Sequence record: OU509535.1
Strand: one strand, 5' to 3'
DNA: 64,000 nucleotides
In this document: positions 17,359 through 28,700 of the stretch, piece by piece
Position numbering within the stretch: the stretch's first letter is position 1
Layout: each line of letters begins with the position of its first letter
Notes under the pieces: model-generated
Databases searched by the model: none
What the model was told of the DNA's origin: nothing
Seen by the model: only the letters and a program-made list of their open reading frames with translations
Made by a program: the position numbers and the translations under genes

Positions 17359-19668
17359 ATGAATCTACAAAAACTATTTAAAGTAAGCGATGATCTGGCA
17401 ACTTCTCTTGGTCATACATATCTTACTATTGACCATATTAGTGCTACACTTCTTGAAGTTGATAGTATTGTAGAACTATTCAATACCATGAATATTGATA
17501 CAAATAAACTTCACAGTCGTGTAATGAATTTTCTGAAAAGTACTGAATATCCAAATCAACCGGCTAGTATGTCAGCTAATGGGACTAACAGTAGTTCTTT
17601 GTTGGTAAATCGCGTATTCAATGAACTGTCAAAAAAATCAGTTATTGAACAACTTAAACGTGATGATTTTACAATTGATTCATACTTTGTACTATTTGAA
17701 TGCTTGTCTTTCCCTAATACAGCACTAGAAGCTGCGTTAAAAGAAGAAGGAGTGTCTCGCACTGAAGCAGCACGTGCATTACAAAAACATGTGGCGAAAA
17801 TCGATAGTTCCATCAATCTACAAAGTATTGCTGAAGATCCTAATTCATCAGATAAGAAAGCGACGGCGGGTCAAATGAATGCAATTAAACAAAAAACTCT
17901 AGAAGATTTTACTGTAAACCTGACTAAACTTGCACAGGAAGGTAAACTTGACCCAATGATCGGTCGCCAAAAAGAACTTCAATCACTAATTGAAGTAATG
18001 GCACGTAAAAACAAAAAGAATGCTATTCTTACTGGTGATGCCGGAGTCGGTAAAACTCAGATCGTCGATGGTTTTGCACAAGCCATTGCTGATGGTGACG
18101 TACCTGACTATCTGAAAGGTGTTGAGGTATTATCTCTTAACGTTTCTGCTGTAACTGCTGGTACAAAATACCGTGGTGAATTCGAAGAACGCATGGAAGG
18201 TATTATTAAAGAACTTAAAAAACGAGAAAATGTAATTTTGTTCATTGATGAAGTACATATTATGATGGGTGCTGGTGGTAGTAGTACTGGTTCGATGGAT
18301 ATGAGCAATATCATGAAACCTGCACTTTCACGTGGTGATATTCGTGTTATCGGTGCAACAACTTATGAGGAATATCGCCAGAACATTGAAAAAGATGCTG
18401 CATTTTCCCGCCGCTTCACTAAAATTGATGTAGTTGAACCTAGTATTGACGAAACACGTGAAATTATTAATGGACTGAAAGGTACTTATGAAAAATATCA
18501 CAACGTAACATTCAGTACTGAAACAATTAACTCAATTATTAATCTGAGTTCTAAATTTTTACAAAATAAAAAGTTTCCAGATAAAGCAATTGATCTGATG
18601 GATAGTGCTGCTGCTAAAATTCGTTCAGAAAAACGTTCAGATCTAAAAGTGACAGTACGTGATATTGAAGAAGTTGTGTCCAGAATCACAAACCTTGATA
18701 TTAGTGTTATTTCTTGTACTGAAAGTGAACGCATGAATAATCTACCAGATGTTCTACGTTCGCGTGTATTTGGTCAAGATGAAGCAATTGAAAAATTGGT
18801 CGATAACGTTATGGTTGCACGTGCTGGGCTACGTGATAAATCAAGTGTTCAGGGTGCTTTCATGTTTGTTGGACCATCTGGTACTGGTAAAACTGAAATC
18901 ACAAAAGCACTTGCTGAAGCAATGGGTTCTGAGCTAATTCGTTTTGATATGTCAGAGTTTTCGCAAGACCACACTGTATCTAAACTTATTGGTTCACCTC
19001 CTGGATATGTAGGACATGAAACAGGCAATGGTCAGCTTCTTGATAAAGTTGAACAATTCCCTAATGCAGTACTTCTACTGGATGAAATTGAAAAAGCACA
19101 TCCAAAAGTACTGCTGACATTCCTACAAGTATTGGATGAAGGGCGTTTGACTGGTTCACAAGGAAAAACAGTTTACTTTAATAATATTACTGTTATTATG
19201 ACTACAAACCTTGGAGCAGCAGATTCCAATAAACGTAGTATCGGTGTAAGTACAGTGGATTCTGCACAAGAAAAAGCTATTAAAGCATTTTTACCACCAG
19301 AATTCATCAATCGCATTGATAGTATTGTTAAATTCAATGAACTATCATCAGAAGCAATTGATAGTGTAATTGACAAGTTTATGGGGGCATTGCGTGAACA
19401 AGTTAAAGAACGTGGAATTGAAGTGGTACTGACCAAACGTGCACGAGAATATCTTGCAGAGAATGGTGTTCAGAACGGCATGGGTGCTCGTCCAATGAAA
19501 CGTTTGATTGAGCAATGCATTCGTGTACCTTTGGCAAAAGAAATGCTTCTAGGCTCTCTGGTGAACGGTGGTAAGGTAACGTTTGATGTGATTGATGGTA
19601 AGATTGCAATTAAACAAAAAGTTAAAAAATCCACAAAGGAAATTGATTCAGCAGAATTAGAGGCGTAA
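17359..19668 (+). CDS. clpA: ClpA-like double-AAA+ chaperone/unfoldase
   Basis: Clp N-domain; NBD1 GDAGVGKT, KYRGEFEER, LFIDEVH; NBD2 GPSGTGKT, GSPPGYVG, LLDEIEKAH, GARPM. At 769 aa there is no ClpB-type middle domain. Confidence 0.92.
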   Translation: MNLQKLFKVSDDLATSLGHTYLTIDHISATLLEVDSIVELFNTMNIDTNKLHSRVMNFLKSTEYPNQPASMSANGTNSSSLLVNRVFNELSKKSVIEQLKRDDFTIDSYFVLFECLSFPNTALEAALKEEGVSRTEAARALQKHVAKIDSSINLQSIAEDPNSSDKKATAGQMNAIKQKTLEDFTVNLTKLAQEGKLDPMIGRQKELQSLIEVMARKNKKNAILTGDAGVGKTQIVDGFAQAIADGDVPDYLKGVEVLSLNVSAVTAGTKYRGEFEERMEGIIKELKKRENVILFIDEVHIMMGAGGSSTGSMDMSNIMKPALSRGDIRVIGATTYEEYRQNIEKDAAFSRRFTKIDVVEPSIDETREIINGLKGTYEKYHNVTFSTETINSIINLSSKFLQNKKFPDKAIDLMDSAAAKIRSEKRSDLKVTVRDIEEVVSRITNLDISVISCTESERMNNLPDVLRSRVFGQDEAIEKLVDNVMVARAGLRDKSSVQGAFMFVGPSGTGKTEITKALAEAMGSELIRFDMSEFSQDHTVSKLIGSPPGYVGHETGNGQLLDKVEQFPNAVLLLDEIEKAHPKVLLTFLQVLDEGRLTGSQGKTVYFNNITVIMTTNLGAADSNKRSIGVSTVDSAQEKAIKAFLPPEFINRIDSIVKFNELSSEAIDSVIDKFMGALREQVKERGIEVVLTKRAREYLAENGVQNGMGARPMKRLIEQCIRVPLAKEMLLGSLVNGGKVTFDVIDGKIAIKQKVKKSTKEIDSAELEA

Positions 19669-19672
19669 AAAC

Positions 19673-19702
19673 AAAAGGAGAGCTTTTATGCTCTCCTTTT
19701 TT
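19673..19702. terminator. bidirectional terminator
   Basis: AAAAGGAGAGC-TTTTAT-GCTCTCCTTTT. Confidence 0.85.
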
Positions 19703-19703
19703 A

Positions 19704-22700
19704 TTATATAACATTTAACAAGTTATTGAGTACCAAACCGTCAATTTTCAATGAATTAGCATACACACTTACATCAATTGGTTTGTAATAATTTTTATAA
19801 ACACTAAAATTAAGTTCAACACCAAGATTGATACCAGTGAATGTATATGTTTCACCTTTAGCAAAATAGTGTTCAGCACTATACATATCTGAACGAAGGA
19901 TATTGTTATTATTTCTCACATGAACTTTTTCATATCCAAGTACTATAATATCATCATAACTAGTACTACCAGTAATGATATTATCCTTAACACTATATGT
20001 ACCAACTGAAACTGGCTCCACCACATAAGTGGTATTTTCATTCTCAACTTTAGTAACACTGGTTACTGTACAAGTTGTATCACCGATATACACTTTATCT
20101 GTTAAATCATATGAGTAAGTCCATCTTACACCATCGAACACAGGTTTAATATCATCGACGTCATATTCATATACAGTAAACTCTAAACTTTCTGGAGTTC
20201 CAATACGAACCAGTTCATCTAATGTACCAACACCGGTATTTGGCATGAAATATCCACTATCAACCACACCATCAGAAGTTTCAACTAACTCATTAGAGAT
20301 TAGCCAAACATCCAAATCTAATGGATCTATTTCATCCGTGTAATCACCATTATTCAAAGAAATATCATAGAATACATCATAGTCCATAACATCAACTCTG
20401 TAATTTCTTATACTTTCATACAACAAATCACCATTGTTATTGAACTCATGGTCTGCAAAACTTCTAATACGAATAACATTTATACTTGTTTTTGTATAAG
20501 GTTCACCAGTATTATTAGTGGTTAAATTATTAAACTCAAGTTTATTTCCATTTGAATCAACCAAAGAATAAACTCCGTTATTAAGCTCAACTTCAAACAT
20601 AATAGGTCGATCATTCTCTTTGATTTTATCAGTACTGAGAATAAGTTCATGAGTAAAGTTCTGGTATCTGTAATAATCATCACCATCTGGGGTAAACACC
20701 ATAACTTTATCACCACTATTGAGATTACTATTTTTCATCAAGAATTCAGTACTGCTTATAATACTATCAATAGTACTGATATAATTATAAGAGTCTTTCT
20801 TAATTACTGTGCGGTTTACATAGTTTTGTACCAGACTATATGGAGGAATGCTCACAATAGCTTCTGTACGCTTGTATGGATTGAGAACAACAAAACCCTC
20901 TATCTGGAATCGACTAAAGTCTTTAATCTGCTGTAGAGATGTAGAATCGTTACTATAGCCATCTACTGTAAAACGCATTTGTGAAATAGCATTAGCACTT
21001 GGGTTCAACTCGGAAATATCAATGAAAACTGATTCAGTCAAATCACCTTCGTAGCTCAGTGCGACAGTTTTATATTGAGATTCCAAACCTAAATTATCAT
21101 AAGCATTCATATCATTATAATACTTCTGCCCCTTGATTCCCTCAAGTACAACCATGTAGTCACTGTACATTGGATTATTATCATCCATTTCCAGATCATC
21201 CATATCAATCTCAACTGCTGTAACTACTGAACCATCAGTAATGAAAAGATCTTCCATATATTCATCAATGCTACGATCATCAGGAATACTAACATAACTA
21301 CCGTTAATATTAAATCTAATATATTTTCTCGGGATCATTACAAATGCCTGAATATCCATTGATTTACGATTACTATTCAGAATATCCTCTGCATATGCAT
21401 AAGGATCATCACTGTCTTTATCAAACGTGTTACGAATAGCAGTTAGTACATGAATAGCATCTTTGTAATAACGACCCTGAGAATCAATATCATATTTGAA
21501 ACAATAGATACCGTATTCAATTTCCATTACGCTTCTGATGGTTTCTTCATCAGCATCTGGTGTTTCTTCCAAAATAAGTTCTCTATAATGGGCGAATAAA
21601 TCCTCACTAATTTCAAAATATCCCATGTTAAAGTCAGAACTTGAACTAAAACCAAAAGGCAATCTCGTATTCGGATTATCATTGTAAATTTCACCACTCA
21701 GACCACAACCAATGGTATCATGGATTACATCTGAACTCATTGAACTATAAAGTTTTAATCTATTACTCAATGTATTATATTGTGAATACATTCTAACATC
21801 TTGTGTTAAGTTAGAAGTACTATACAATTCAGAAGTGATTCTGTCTAAATCAGAAGTGAAACTTTCAGTTCTTTCAGCATCATCAACGTTCAATTTATAC
21901 CATGCATTGATAGCATCAACTAAATCCAGACTTGTATCAAAATCAGAATATAGTTCAAACATATCAACAGAAATCTGAGTATAAATTTCATCTACCTCAA
22001 CAACTGGTAGTGTATACTTGAAACGCTGGATTTCATAGTACTGTACATTATCATCAGAATTACTTACATACTTAGCATTGTTCTCTTCCAGACTTGTAAC
22101 ATCATATAAATCACTATCAGGCTGGCATTGAACATTATCAAATTGCATTGAGATATCAATTTCCTGGAATTTTCTATCTGGGTAAACGAAGTCGTTTGGT
22201 ATTGAACCAACTACCACCCATTGTCCAGTACTTTCATTATATTCAGCATATTCATAATCCCAAATATCAGATTGTGTTTTAACCCAAATTGTACCGTTAT
22301 ATTCATAACCATTTGGATCTAAATCATTACAAACACCATAAACATAATCAGTGTCGGATGTTTTCTGTTCAATTTGAGAACGAATTTTAGTCCTGTACGG
22401 TTTAACTTCATTGAAATATTCAATAATCTGATTAATCAATTCGTCATTAGTGTAATTTTGTTTAAGTGATTGTTCTAACCCAACAATATAAATGTATGAA
22501 GTTTTGAATACCCAATCAACCACACCCTGTTCAACGTGTACATATTTAACCATGTCAAATACAATATTACTTTGAGCTAAATCGAATGAATTTTTGATTA
22601 AATCTAATGCACTTCTTACATTAATTTCCTTGTTGCTTAAAGAACCATCACTGTTATAAACTTCATACCCATCATATAAAGATGAATTAAGAGCAATTGT

Positions 22701-25700
22701 GCTGTTTTGACGCCCAATAGCATTCCAGAATACAGTATTACGTGATGATGTTTTCACATACATTGTCCAACCATCTGAATCAGTGATTCGAATAACATCA
22801 CCAACTTGATAGTTTTTGGTATTAGCTATATCCAGGCTGGCTTCCTGTGTATAATCAGTATTTTCATCATACCCATCACTATACCAGTCAGCATATTCCC
22901 AGTACTGGGTCATGTCAAGAGAAGTACCAAGTGATTCAACATAATCACTCTGTTTAATCATACTATGTTGTCCTTCACCTAGACCTTCCAGTGTGATTGT
23001 TGATGGATTAGCATCAGTACTCTTTGTAGTCATGAATCTTATATAACCATTACTATCGTAGTGGACGAAATATACTGAAGTTGTATCTAGCGGGGATGGT
23101 AATACACCAGTACTACTCAAAATTACTGCATCGTTTTCATCGAATTTATCAAAATCAGTTGAGACAACAAATTCGTTATTGTATGCCAGAACTCTGAATG
23201 TAACTGAATTTTCATTCACCTCAGTAGTTTTAACATTGAAAACTTCACTCATTAATACCGTATCAGTTATGATATTTTGTGTTTTGTAATAATTATTTGC
23301 ACTATCTACAAACGTTCTGCGAGCTTCAATCAAATCCATAAACCAGGTTTTAGATGAACCCAACCCTAATTCTACATCAGGATAAACAATTTCATTTACT
23401 ACACCACTCTTCGTGGTTTCGTGTCCTTTCAGTGAATTCCACAGAGAATTCCATATATCTGAATTGAAATTGTAGCTATCTCCTTCTTTACATAGCTGAT
23501 ATTGTTCATGTTTAATAATATCAACACTATCTTCATGATAAGAAACTGTCAAAATGCTGGTATCATCAGTAATTTCATATTGCATATTACTAAGAATGAA
23601 TGAATTCTCGTTAATTGGTGCAAACCAAGGAACGTCCAGTAAATGTGGATCTTTAATAATACGTGCAATATCAGTACATGATTTACTTCTGGTGTTAATT
23701 GGTGGTACATAAATTGTATCTCTTACCCAGAAATAATAATACGTAACATATGAATCAGTTGTTTCATCATACTCAATGAATGAAGTATAATTATCCATGA
23801 TTGCAGTACCAGAAGGTATATACATAGTGTTATTTTTATTATTTTTAGTTTGTTCCTGACAGTATTTGTCCCAATTATATGGCTGTACTGGAGATTTAAC
23901 CCACTCAAGAACATTAATATCACTATGTGGTAGCAATCTACCCCAGTTATAACGACGATATTCATTTGTAGCATCTTCATCAATGTCACCATTCTCATCC
24001 AGTACTGGGCGAGTGTAATCCAAATAAAATGCAGTACTGGTGTCCCACCATACTTGACCAACTTTCTCAGAACCCCATGCTTGAATAGTTTCTCCATTGC
24101 TATTGTACTGAGCAGGGTCTACTGGAGAGATATAAGATACATCTTTCATTGCAGTCCCAGGTAAAACACCATTAATTGGGTCAAATATATTAAGATATAA
24201 TTCAGTAATGTTTGTTTTTGAATTATAAGTAGATGGTCTATCAAATAAAGTACTATCTGGAACATCAAAACTGTATTTTTTATCAATATATGCCTGGCGT
24301 TCGGTTGTATCACTGAATCTGGATGTATATTTGTACAGTTTTGGTCTTGTATCTGGATCAGTGAAATTAATTGTGATACTTGTATCAAACGGAACAACAA
24401 TTTTAGTTTTATCATCACCTGCCGTGAAATATTGACTTTCTACTGTTAATGCATCTGGCATAAAATATGTATCATCAACAAAATAATAATAATCACCATC
24501 ATCTAATGGAGCTTCGGCATCTAATTGAACAGTACAGTACTGTTCAGCATAAGTATCAGTATTTTCAATTGGAGTAATTGATAACATAGATACACCAGTA
24601 TCAACTAAATCAAAAATGTTCCATTCCTGATTCATATCAACGAACATCCACACTGAATCTGGATTTTCACCATTATTTTTAATATAATTCATGCGGTCTT
24701 CATATGAATCCTGATAAGTCCATGTAGTATAAGATACTTCATTTAAATTAACTGGGCCAATATCAGGTAAATGGATATTATCACTCTTTCCTGAACGCAT
24801 CGGAAAGCGGAATTTACCTTTAGGACGAGTAATCCATCTGGAATCTTCACCTTGTGAACCATAATAAACTATTTCAGTACTACTTGTACTTGTATTAACA
24901 TCTTTATTAAACGTAACCAGTTGTGGTTCTTGTTTAAAATCACTGTTAATTAATTGAAATTGTAAATTTTTCTTGGCATTAACGTTTCCATAAGTACCAA
25001 CTTTAAAAGCCCACTCTTGTAGTGCTTTATATTCATCAGTATTATATGATTTAGATACACGAAGAACGCGTTCCATTACCAAATTAGAGCCTTTATCTCT
25101 AATAAAACCACGATAAAAATCAACACGGTTGGGATTATTAGTGATCATTTGCTGTAAGTAATCACGAGTTTGATATCCAATAACATGAGTACTTAGATCA
25201 TACAGTTGAACATCAGAAACAGGATCATTTGAATCATAATAATGTTGGAAATTAGTAACTAATGTTTCAAATGATGGTAATGTACCAGCTTCAAGAATTA
25301 TAAATCCGGGTGCTTGTAGGCGACCAACCCAGCTATCAGTGATATAACCGTACATTTTCACCAATTCCTGAATAGAACCGAATGTAGGTTGATAAATGCT
25401 ATCACCAAAAATAGTTTTATCATCAAATACCACTGCATGTTCCCATGAACATACACCTAAACGAACCAACGCCATGCGTTTATCGACATCTTCATTAACT
25501 CTAACAGTGAAAACATTACCAATTCTTGATGTTTCAACTTCATATGGGTAGATACCACTGTTATCATCGTCCAACAGACTCCAGACACCACCATTTGTTT
25601 CACTAATACTTTGTACTGAGCCAAAATAAGTTCCGAATTTGGCATTTTTAGAGCTTGGTGTACATGAAATGTAATCACCAATGGTTAAATCTGTGGTACT

Positions 25701-28700
25701 CCATTGTAAAAAGTACTTAGCAATAGTAGACCAGTCCTGTTGTACCCCAGTGTCATCAACATCTTCAAAAATCCATCCATGTTCAACAAGATATTGACCA
25801 TATCCACACAGGAATGTATAAACATCCTGGAATGTGTTAAGAATAGATCCATATTCAAGCGTATCATCTTCTTTCCATTCCATATAATGAACAACAGTGC
25901 GATTTCCTTCAGTTACGGTTACTTTTTTACCATTTTTAACTGGTAATTTATAAGTAAACGTAGCATTAACCAAATCATAACCTTTAATAATATAATTACT
26001 ACCATTGAAAGTGATTTTAACTGCACTAAGAACTTCATTTTTGATATTATTAGAGCGTACCAGTCCGATTGTTTGGTTTTCTTGTGAAATTAAACCAAAC
26101 GATTCAGATGTAAATGTTAATTCATTGCTCTTTGTAAATCCACCAAGCTTGTGTGCAATACTTATGTATGAAGTTCTAACTAAATCACCATATTTTGAAG
26201 TAATATTCTTACTTTGATAGGTTAAGTAGTTACTAACAGCCATTTGATAACCAAGAACACGAGTATTATTCTCACCATGAACCACCGTATCTGAATTAAA
26301 ATTCAGTCTAGTTCTGGTTTCTTTGTACTGCAATTGTAAACCACCAGTTTTTACAGTTTTTAGTGTATCATTTAGTGTATCCCAGAAATAATTACAGAAT
26401 TGTGCTGGTTTTGCACGATATATCTGCATCATTACATCATAACTAAACATTGCGTTATTCATATAGGTGAATTCATTGTCACCCATATCACCATAAGACC
26501 ATGGTGCACTGCGTTCTTTGATCGTACCTTTTACTAAACCAAGAACGTCAGGTTGAATATAATCAACGGTACAAATTTCTTTACCATTAGTTGAATATTC
26601 ACCGGTTTTAGTAATTACAAATGGTTGAGTACCAAAACGCTTGTACTTATCATGCTGTCCCTTACGATCTCCATATAAAATGGTACCAGTACTGGCATCA
26701 CCTTTAACACCATTAACATCCCAAAGACCACTTGGTACTAATTCACCACTTTCATTAACAACCAATGCTTCATATACATATAAAATGTCATCTTCATTCG
26801 TGCCTACCTGAACTTCAGTTGGTTCATATTCCTGATTCCACCAGGTTGGACGAACACCAAAGCCAAACATTTCCCATGGATGAGTTGCAGGGCGATAAGT
26901 ACCGAATTGATCAGTATAAATGGCACGCCAAGAACCACGGGCAGGAAAATCGGTAATTACACCATTAACTGTATAATAGGTACCACTATAATTCCACGTC
27001 ATCCAGTTTTGTTGGTCATAATTATGAGTAGTACTGTCAATTCCGTTAGTTGCAATGAAATTAATATATCCACGTAGTAATAATTCATCACGTTCTTCTG
27101 CACTATACTCAGTATCCCTGTAATATGGTGTTGGAAACAGGTCTGAACTATCAAGTTCAGGTTGATAATCTTCATCTTTGAATGTATTATCAATGCTGTT
27201 GTAAATTCTTGTCTCAAGTTCATAGATAACATCATCCATTTTATCTACACCGTTAATAACTCGATAAGATTTGGTAATTTCACCAGTATGGCGAATGTTA
27301 TATGGTACTTGTTTTGATGCCGCAGTCAGATATACAGTTTTTTCTGGTTTATGTACTTTAAGAACACCCATAAATTGTGGTGTAGGTGGAATAAAAGTAC
27401 GAATTGTAGTTGTAGTACTCCCTACGCCATCGTAATAGAACGCAAAAGTAGAATCTTTACCAACATTGATGTTACTCAAAATAGTATCACAAATATCACT
27501 ACTTGAAGTGCTTAAAAATTTACTTGGGTCTTCTTTATACATATTAAGCATGTAGTTTTCAAATCTGTTATTAAAACGAAGATATTCACCTTGTAAAAAC
27601 ATTAATGCTTCAAAAAGATCAATATCACTATTAGCAGTATGTGCCATTAGTGGAAGTAGTGATCCTTCGTTTTGAATAATTTTAGTACCAACAGCGTTAT
27701 CAACTAACCCTTGTTCAAGACGTTCTTCATAATCATTGATATTATCCACGGCACCAGATGTGATATTTTTTTGTACAATTTCCTGAAAATGTAAAGTATA
27801 ATTACTTTGATCAATATAAGAAATATTATCACTATATGGGTTATTTTGTAAATTTACTGGAATTTCATAACTACCAAGATCGGTATCTGGTACTTCAGTA
27901 CTACTATAAGTTCTGATTTGAATCACACTTTCAGAGTCCAAATCAACAGAGTCACCAATGGTGATGCTTTGTACTTTACCATTAGACACATTTCTTGTAT
28001 AATCTTCAACTACAACACCATTGACCTGAATTTCAATGATATCTGAACTTCCATCAATGACTTTTTGTGCCAGTTCATAACTGCGGTTATACAATTCACT
28101 CTGAATACCTTCAGTGTTTACCATATGCCAGTCATAATAAGTTTCAGATTCTTCTTTGTAGTATTGATAGGTTGCATTGGTTTCAATAACATATGCATAC
28201 ATACCATCAATGGCTTGACTGGAAAAGCTTTCCATTTCATATACAGTACTGAACACTCTGTACATATCAGTGCGTTCAATTTGAGGTGTTTGTTTTACAA
28301 ATTGTTTAGAAAATTCAGTACTACGAACCCAGTCAGTTTTTAATACACTATCTTCATCACCAATGATATTGTAATAATAAAATCCTGGGATTTCTTTAGT
28401 TTCACCCGAACTGATGTATTCATAACGAGTACTTTCAATAAAATTTTCGTATATATAATAATTATAATCACCCAATTCTACATTATATCCATAATAACTA
28501 TCAACTTTATAGTTGTAGTTAATTTTTAGTCCAAACAGAGAAGAACCACTGAATGTACTTGACGGATATACAGTACTATCTTGTAATTTTACACCATTTC
28601 GATCATATAACTGGAAAAGAGGGAATGCATTTGTTCCATTCTTTTTCTGAGTTGCAATCCAGTTATGCCCATTCCAGTACATAGTGGTATTTCCATAAAC

